DNA of 64,000 nt from Candidatus Poribacteria bacterium (GTDB lineage: Bacteria; Poribacteria; WGA-4E; WGA-3G): contig OZ240248.1 of NCBI GenBank assembly GCA_965198235.1, forward strand, positions 2,080,001-2,144,000, given 5' to 3'. The notes under the pieces are model-generated. The model saw only the letters and a list, made by a program, of their open reading frames with translations. It ran no database searches and was not told the origin of the DNA. Shown one piece after another: positions 58,061 to 64,000 of this stretch; positions within the stretch are counted from its first letter, which is position 1, and every line of letters starts with the position of its first letter. A program made the translations under genes and the position numbers.

Positions 58061-59927
58061 AAAAGCGGTAGGCTTTAACGATTTCTGAGATGACACTGGC
58101 TCTGTTCTTCCAATTCATGCGAGCAGGAGGGATCAGGTAAATACCGTCGATTGCGGATTCATCTTGATTACGGATTTCCTGAACCAATTCTAAGCTCAGT
58201 CGCATACCGAGTTCATGTCCGGCGGTGTCTCCAAGGTCACGGAATTTGTCAACAATAAACTGCGGGATGTAAAGCCCCAAATTGTCGCGTAGATAGGATG
58301 CGCTTCGGAAACTTGTAAGTGGTAGGATACCGTAGAGAATCTTTATATCGAGATGTTCCGTTGCCTGCTGAGCACGTACGATATCCTCATAGGTCCAGAC
58401 CGGTTGTGTGTAAGCAAACTTCGCGCCCTGTGCCACTTTATTTCTGAGATGTTTGACGTGCGGCTGCAAATTCTCTGCAATCGTGAAGCCGCCGCCGTAA
58501 TAGAAGCCGCAGGGTTCACCGATCGACGAGCCATCAGCGAGTTCCCCTTGATTGAGTCGGTTGATGAGTTCCATCAATTGAACCGCACCACGAACGTCCG
58601 GCACGAGACTGGCGGTCTCATAAGGTCCAGCTTTCGGATGGTCGCCGGATAAGGCGACAATGCCTCGGATCCCCAATGCCTCCGCCTCCAGCAAATGTGA
58701 TTGCATACTGATGAGATTACGGGATCGGGTTGTCCAATGGATAAGCGTCGGAATCTGGGTCGCCTGCTGGAGCTGATATGCTGTGGCGATAGCCCCGATG
58801 TTCACTGCGGCACCAGAATTGTCGGTTACATCAAATAGGTCTGCACCGATTGCAGCGAGGTTTTTTGCTTCTTTCAACATTGCTCGCAATTGCGGAAAAG
58901 TATTGGCGCGCATCTCTACACTTACAATGCGCTCACGCGTTTCAAATACTTGCTGGACAGGATTATCGGTTGGTGTTTTGGACGTTGACGTAATCTTTGG
59001 AAGAACGAAGATACGTTGCTCCCGTTGGACAGGTTCACGTTCTGCGATGGCCTGCCGAATTTTTGCCGTATATGTGGGTGTTGTGCCGCAACAGCCGCCA
59101 ATCATGTTCGCGCCGAGTTCGACTAACTTTCCAACGTAGTCGCTAAATACCTCAGCCTCGACTGTGTAGGAGACAGCAATTTCACCCTGTTCTACTCTCG
59201 GATTACCAGCATTCGGTTGCACCACAATAGGGGCTTTGATGACAGGAGCAAGCAACTCCATCGCCTCAACGAGATCATGTGGTCCTCTGCAATTGATGCC
59301 GACTGCATGCGCGCCGAGTTGTTCTAACGCTTGGGCAAAGACGCGCACATCTAATCCAGAGCCTACAGTTCCGCCTGATACGCCACTGATTTCAACGACG
59401 ACAGGTATACCGTAGGTGAGTGCTTGCTTTGTAGAGATTTCTGCCTGTTTGGGAGAGACAAAGGTTTCGAGTACAAGAAGGTCAACCCCTTCATCGACGA
59501 GTGCGTCCATCTGCTCTTTGAAAAGCCGTCGGATTGTCTTGGTGGACGGAATAGGGGTATCTAAGGTTTGGAACGGGATTTGACCGACGGAGCCAGCAAC
59601 ATAGCATGTTTCCTGTGCCGCCGCTCGTGCCAGGGACACGCCTGTTCTGTTAATTTCTTCAACCTGTTCAGCCAAGCCGTGGACCGCCAATGCTTCTCTG
59701 TTTGCTTGGTAGGTATTCGTTTGAATAACATCGGCACCCGCGTCGATGTAGGCGCGATGAATCGCTGCAACTTTCTCGGCATGCTCTGTAGAAATATTGC
59801 AGGCATCGACACACTGTAAATATGAGGGAATCCGTTTGCGGAGTTCGGTTCCGATAGCACCGTCGCACACCAAGATCTGATGTGCGAGAGCTTCCATGAA
59901 GTTGTCTTTTCTTGAATGAGTTGCCAT
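58056..59927 (-). CDS. Bifunctional homocysteine S-methyltransferase / methylenetetrahydrofolate reductase (YitJ-like)
   Basis: CDGAIGT, GINC, IGGCCGTTP, then MTHFR-like DVTDN, LSGDHP, YTQPV; start at ATG 59927 (upstream extension is repeat sequence). Confidence 0.88.
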   Translation of the reverse strand: MATHSRKDNFMEALAHQILVCDGAIGTELRKRIPSYLQCVDACNISTEHAEKVAAIHRAYIDAGADVIQTNTYQANREALAVHGLAEQVEEINRTGVSLARAAAQETCYVAGSVGQIPFQTLDTPIPSTKTIRRLFKEQMDALVDEGVDLLVLETFVSPKQAEISTKQALTYGIPVVVEISGVSGGTVGSGLDVRVFAQALEQLGAHAVGINCRGPHDLVEAMELLAPVIKAPIVVQPNAGNPRVEQGEIAVSYTVEAEVFSDYVGKLVELGANMIGGCCGTTPTYTAKIRQAIAEREPVQREQRIFVLPKITSTSKTPTDNPVQQVFETRERIVSVEMRANTFPQLRAMLKEAKNLAAIGADLFDVTDNSGAAVNIGAIATAYQLQQATQIPTLIHWTTRSRNLISMQSHLLEAEALGIRGIVALSGDHPKAGPYETASLVPDVRGAVQLMELINRLNQGELADGSSIGEPCGFYYGGGFTIAENLQPHVKHLRNKVAQGAKFAYTQPVWTYEDIVRAQQATEHLDIKILYGILPLTSFRSASYLRDNLGLYIPQFIVDKFRDLGDTAGHELGMRLSLELVQEIRNQDESAIDGIYLIPPARMNWKNRASVISEIVKAYRFF

Positions 59928-60262
59928 TTTTCTAACTATTAAATCTGGTCTGCCCTCCACTTCGTTTCGGGTAGGTTTCTGGTTAAGTCCTAGCGGTTCT
60001 GGGTTATGAAAGGTTTTTAAATTATTAAATCTGAGTGAACCCAACCCAGTGTGAACTGCACCAAAAACCATCGTGAAACGAAATTAGGTTTCCTTAAATG
60101 GCATAATTTTGCTTCGCAGTGTCCCGCAGGTTTCCTATAGGAAACCTGCGCAGAATGCTTTACATTTGGAACGATGCCCAGATGCTAATAGTTAAAAAAG
60201 CGAAGTAGAGGGGTTTTTGCTTGGGTGTTTCTTTGCTCAGAGGCCCATAGTTAGAAAACCGA
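59928..60262. repeat. Composite intergenic repeat
   Basis: Same modules as 57792-58060 and about 7600-7730. Confidence 0.7.
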
Positions 60263-60279
60263 TGTTGATGAGATAGGTT

Positions 60280-61896
60280 CTACTTAATTATTTCTCCCGC
60301 ACTTTCAGTTGGGATATAATAATAACCGAAGATGATGCACATCTCATCTTCAGACGTGAGTCCGAAAATGAGGGGTTCATTCGTGTCGTAGTTGTTATGG
60401 GTACACTGGAACTTGATTGTATCGTCTGCATCTAAGCGGAGGATTGGATTAAAGAGGTCAATGGGTGCGTCGTCATAAGCAATACTCCGGTGCAGCAAAT
60501 CGCTTGTGGATCCCTGAAAAATTTCAAACAATTCTCCGTGCCGATGCATGTGGGATGTCAGCAAAAAGACGTTCAACGCTGTTCCCGAATCGTGCCCTCG
60601 GCGATCCAACTCATCTTCAACGTACCACGTCATTTTGGCGACGCGCGTTGCTCCGGGCGGGACGTTAATAGATCTGTTAGAAACGAAAATTTCAACAGCC
60701 TCGTACTGAACTTCCTCCTCCGGAATCGTATAGATATTGACGTAAGTTTCACCGATTAACGTTTCGTCACCAAGCAGATTGATGTAGTGGGAATTCAGGT
60801 CGTAAATGGTATCACCGGGGAGTCGTAACCCTACACCCTCCGGGAACTGGAAGAGGGTATCATCGGTTTGTGTTCCGACGACGAAAAGTCTGTCACCCCC
60901 GAAAACACCGAATACCGGATCTGGGTCATCTGTGTCAAGTTCGCGGAAAGTCTCTTCAGGATTAACGGCAATATCAGGTACAATCCCGTTATTCAAAAGC
61001 CCTTTTGACAAACCTGCTTCGGTAAATCGATATAGGATGAAGTGATGGCTACCAGCAGGATAGAAAATCTCTACTCTGTTAATAAAGATGTCTCCCTCTA
61101 CTGGATTGTTATTTTCATCGAGGATTGGGGTGGCATAATAAACTTCGCGTTCAGTGCCGGGTTCGATTTTGAACGGCGGCAAATGGAGTTGATAGCCTTC
61201 ACCGATGGGTGGTCGGGGAGGCGGTTCAAACTTTTCATCGGGGTCGCGTAAGACACCGAGGTCCCCGATACCTGCTATTTTGCCGGTCCGTGGCGCGCCT
61301 GCGGCGATCCATATCCGAATGGCATCTATTTTGCCGTTGTGGAGTACACCACCACCGAACGGCATCCGCGCGCCCTGTTCCGCTGCTGTCGGTCCCATCA
61401 GTTTCGTCAAAAGGAAACTATTCTCCGGGTTTCCCGGATCAACAAGCTTCATCCCTGCTGCTGCCGCCGCAGGGTTCTGTGGCTCACGTCCGACCAAATT
61501 TTCGTAAGAGAGTCCATAGGTGAGATTCAAATTGCGAGCATTTGCGGGAGTAGCATGGCAGACGCTGTTCGCACAACTTTTATCAAAGATGTACTCCTGA
61601 ATGTCGTGATACGCTGTGTTTTCATCCGGGGCAGTTTGTCCAAAACTGTTGCTCACGCGAACGAGGTCTAAGACATTGACGATCCCGTCGCGATTGACAT
61701 CAGGATCCCGTTCCGCATTGCGATCCCTGGGTTGACCGAAGGAAGCAGCGACAAGCACCAAGTCTTGGATGTTCACTACACCATCTTTATTAACGTCTTC
61801 CAATAGGGTAGGGAGATTGCTGTGTCCAAACACTAAGAAGGACACGCCGCCTACCAGTAAGGCAATGAGTATGGAATAAACCATTCTTTTTAACAT
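60280..61896 (-). CDS. Exported protein: dockerin-like repeats, cytochrome c-like segment and copper type II monooxygenase-like domain
   Basis: DVNKDGVVNIQDL/DVNRDGIVNVLDL; CANSVCH...RMP; SHHFILY, SHMHRHG, DEMC. Confidence 0.7.
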   Translation of the reverse strand: MLKRMVYSILIALLVGGVSFLVFGHSNLPTLLEDVNKDGVVNIQDLVLVAASFGQPRDRNAERDPDVNRDGIVNVLDLVRVSNSFGQTAPDENTAYHDIQEYIFDKSCANSVCHATPANARNLNLTYGLSYENLVGREPQNPAAAAAGMKLVDPGNPENSFLLTKLMGPTAAEQGARMPFGGGVLHNGKIDAIRIWIAAGAPRTGKIAGIGDLGVLRDPDEKFEPPPRPPIGEGYQLHLPPFKIEPGTEREVYYATPILDENNNPVEGDIFINRVEIFYPAGSHHFILYRFTEAGLSKGLLNNGIVPDIAVNPEETFRELDTDDPDPVFGVFGGDRLFVVGTQTDDTLFQFPEGVGLRLPGDTIYDLNSHYINLLGDETLIGETYVNIYTIPEEEVQYEAVEIFVSNRSINVPPGATRVAKMTWYVEDELDRRGHDSGTALNVFLLTSHMHRHGELFEIFQGSTSDLLHRSIAYDDAPIDLFNPILRLDADDTIKFQCTHNNYDTNEPLIFGLTSEDEMCIIFGYYYIPTESAGEIIK

Positions 61897-61926
61897 AATT
61901 AAAATTTAACCTCCAGACATTAGATG

Positions 61927-62649
61927 TTAACGCAGTTCATTCTGCGTCGCATTTTTAAAAAGTTCGGTTTCTGAAATAAAACGATATTTTAAGAGTGTCC
62001 ATGCGGCAAAAAATCCATCCGACCAGAATCGGAGTTTCTTGCCCTCCTTTTTCGTGCGCGGGAAATAGGAGACCGGGACCTCATAGATGCGATAACCCGC
62101 ACGCAAAATCTTTGCTGTGACCTCCGGGCAGAATTCAAATCCCTCACACGTTAAATCTAAACGTGCTATCAGTTCTGTTGAGAAGGCTTTGTAGCCTGTC
62201 GATTCATCGGTAATTCGGCATCCGTAAAGGAGGTTTGTGTAGGTAGCGAGAATGCGATTCGCTATGAAGTTATGAAGACTGGCGTTCCCGCGTCCACGGA
62301 GAAACCTGGACCCGTAGACAACTTGAACGTTCTCCTTTTCAAGCGGTTTCACAAGTTCAGTGAGATCCGCTGGATCCAATTCCATGTCTGCATCTTGAAT
62401 AACGACCACCTCTCCCTTCACATGTGGAAGTCCGCTCCGAATTGCGAAACCCTTGCCTCTGTTCTCTTGGCAATGCACGACAGTCAATTCATAAGTCGCA
62501 CGCAACTCCTCAAGCACCTTGTGGGTTCCATCGGTGGAGCCGTCGTTGACAACAATGATCTGTTTCTCAATTGGTAGGGCACGTAGTGCCTCCAGCACCT
62601 GTCCGATTGTCTGCTCTTCGTTAAAGGCAGGAATGATTACAGATACCAA
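61927..62649 (-). CDS. Glycosyltransferase family 2 (DPM-like)
   Basis: SVIIPAFNEE, VNDGSTDGT, NRGKG, IQDADME, VYGSRF. Confidence 0.93.
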   Translation of the reverse strand: MVSVIIPAFNEEQTIGQVLEALRALPIEKQIIVVNDGSTDGTHKVLEELRATYELTVVHCQENRGKGFAIRSGLPHVKGEVVVIQDADMELDPADLTELVKPLEKENVQVVYGSRFLRGRGNASLHNFIANRILATYTNLLYGCRITDESTGYKAFSTELIARLDLTCEGFEFCPEVTAKILRAGYRIYEVPVSYFPRTKKEGKKLRFWSDGFFAAWTLLKYRFISETELFKNATQNELR

Positions 62650-62855
62650 TTTTTAAATTTTCCTTGCGGTTCGGTGAGATGGGTGTTTTTGCTTGGGTGT
62701 TTCCTCAAGAGGTTTCAAGTGCCTCTCCATATACCCGCAGTCAACGTTGTTGCCTGCTGCGTTTTTTGTCCGAAAATTGTAGCACGCAACAAAGGCGCGT
62801 GCGGAACCGACAAGAAAACCTTTTTACGAGATGCCTCGACCGTGTGCAAACTAAA

Positions 62856-63647
62856 TTAGAGAAGTGACTTCACTAGGCCGCCGTCTACCTGAATTGTAGT
62901 CCCGGTGATGTAACTTGCGCGTTCCGATGCGAGAAATACGACTAAAGTCGCAAATTCATCGGGGTCGCCGATTCTACCGAGCGGGATATCCGCAGTCATA
63001 TTTGCGAGTGCCTCATCAAACGTGATGCCACCCTCTCCTGCGCGGACGGTCGCGAGCTGCTGGATGCGATCAGTAAAAATAATACCGGGGCAGACGTTGT
63101 TGACGAGGATTTTGTCTGGTGCTAACTCCGTCGCGAGGGTCTTCGCGAATCCAATCACGCCTGTCCGTGCCATATTGGATAGCATAAGTCCATCGACAGG
63201 CTGTTTGACAGAGACAGAAGTAAGGTTGATGATCCGTCCGCCGCCGCGTGCCCGCATCGTTGGGACAACAGCGCGGCAGAGGTTTATCGTGCTCATCAGG
63301 TTCAATTGGACAGCGTCTTGATAGTCCTGTGCTGCCAAGTCATCAAACCGTCCGGCTCTGGGTCCACCGGCGTTGCTAACCAAAATATCGATACCACCGA
63401 AGTGTCCAATTGCTGTCCTAATGAGATTTTCAACCTGTTCCGGTTGACTGACATTGGTCGGTACCGCTAAAACTTCAGTGCCGGTCTGGTTGCGAATGTC
63501 GTCTGCTGTTGCTTCCAGAATCTCTCTATCTCTTGCGCAGATCGTGACCTTCGCTCCCTCGTGTGCTAAACCGAGGGCAATAGCGCGCCCAAGCCCTTTG
63601 CTTGAGGCACCTACAACTGCAATTTTATCCGTGAGTCCGAGATTCAT
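62856..63647 (-). CDS. Short-chain dehydrogenase/reductase
   Basis: GASSKGLG, SNAGGP, YITGTTIQVDGG; start at ATG 63647. Confidence 0.93.
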   Translation of the reverse strand: MNLGLTDKIAVVGASSKGLGRAIALGLAHEGAKVTICARDREILEATADDIRNQTGTEVLAVPTNVSQPEQVENLIRTAIGHFGGIDILVSNAGGPRAGRFDDLAAQDYQDAVQLNLMSTINLCRAVVPTMRARGGGRIINLTSVSVKQPVDGLMLSNMARTGVIGFAKTLATELAPDKILVNNVCPGIIFTDRIQQLATVRAGEGGITFDEALANMTADIPLGRIGDPDEFATLVVFLASERASYITGTTIQVDGGLVKSLL

Positions 63648-64000
63648 TTTTTTAACTATGGGCTCCTGGGCATCGGTGTCTGGTGAATCGCGAGGCAACT
63701 GAGGATATGTGCGGTCTTAATGTTTTTCTCTCTGCTTCGCCTTTGACTCATTTCCATAATTTTACGAGTCACCGCCCACAACGCCCTACGTCCTTTCAAA
63801 AAACGGGATTGACTTTACGAGGTTAAGTATAACACTCTGACAATGCAATGTCAAGCGCAATTTCTGTCGTCCCGAAAACGGTAGGTGCGGTTTCATGAAG
63901 ATTAAGGATTTAATCGGGGAATGTTGTGAGCCTGTAGGTTGGGTTGAACGGAGACAGAAAACGGACGTTCCCTGTATTGGTCTTTTGCCGGATAATTTGG

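Noticed and set aside
59928-60071. N-terminal extensions of ORFs 58056-60071, 62856-63698, 26462-26848 and 44311-45861
   Set aside because: They run through repeat, IS or promoter DNA; better starts lie downstream.

Overview
Bacterial chromosomal window, most likely Candidatus Poribacteria. This is inferred from the gene repertoire: Uma2 nucleases, WD40 and dockerin proteins, DUF6785-type membrane paralogues, an archaeal-type phosphopantothenate synthetase and dense modular repeats. Housekeeping content includes ppdK, a complete Pup-proteasome operon (arc-dop-pup-prcB-prcA-pafA), lolA-pgsA-thpR-recA, metH, gnd, an ABC exporter pair, a YitJ-like enzyme and a restriction-modification locus. The most interesting content is three related tnpA-less IS200/IS605-type elements. 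Two carry intact tnpB genes preceded by a conserved, covarying, probably pseudoknotted ~80-nt leader RNA at the predicted transcription start; their start codons are non-AUG and lack a clear SD. The third is a 415-bp non-coding element with a perfect sigma70 promoter and an omegaRNA-like end, which precisely interrupts a DNA methyltransferase gene. Also seen: 24-41 nt micro-insertions that nest inside repeats, repeat families ending at start codons, a collapsed sigma54/ANTAR-controlled nitrate-assimilation operon, decayed toxin-antitoxin modules and a probable AUU start. No rRNA, tRNA or CRISPR array was recognised. All calls were made by eye; no searches were run.
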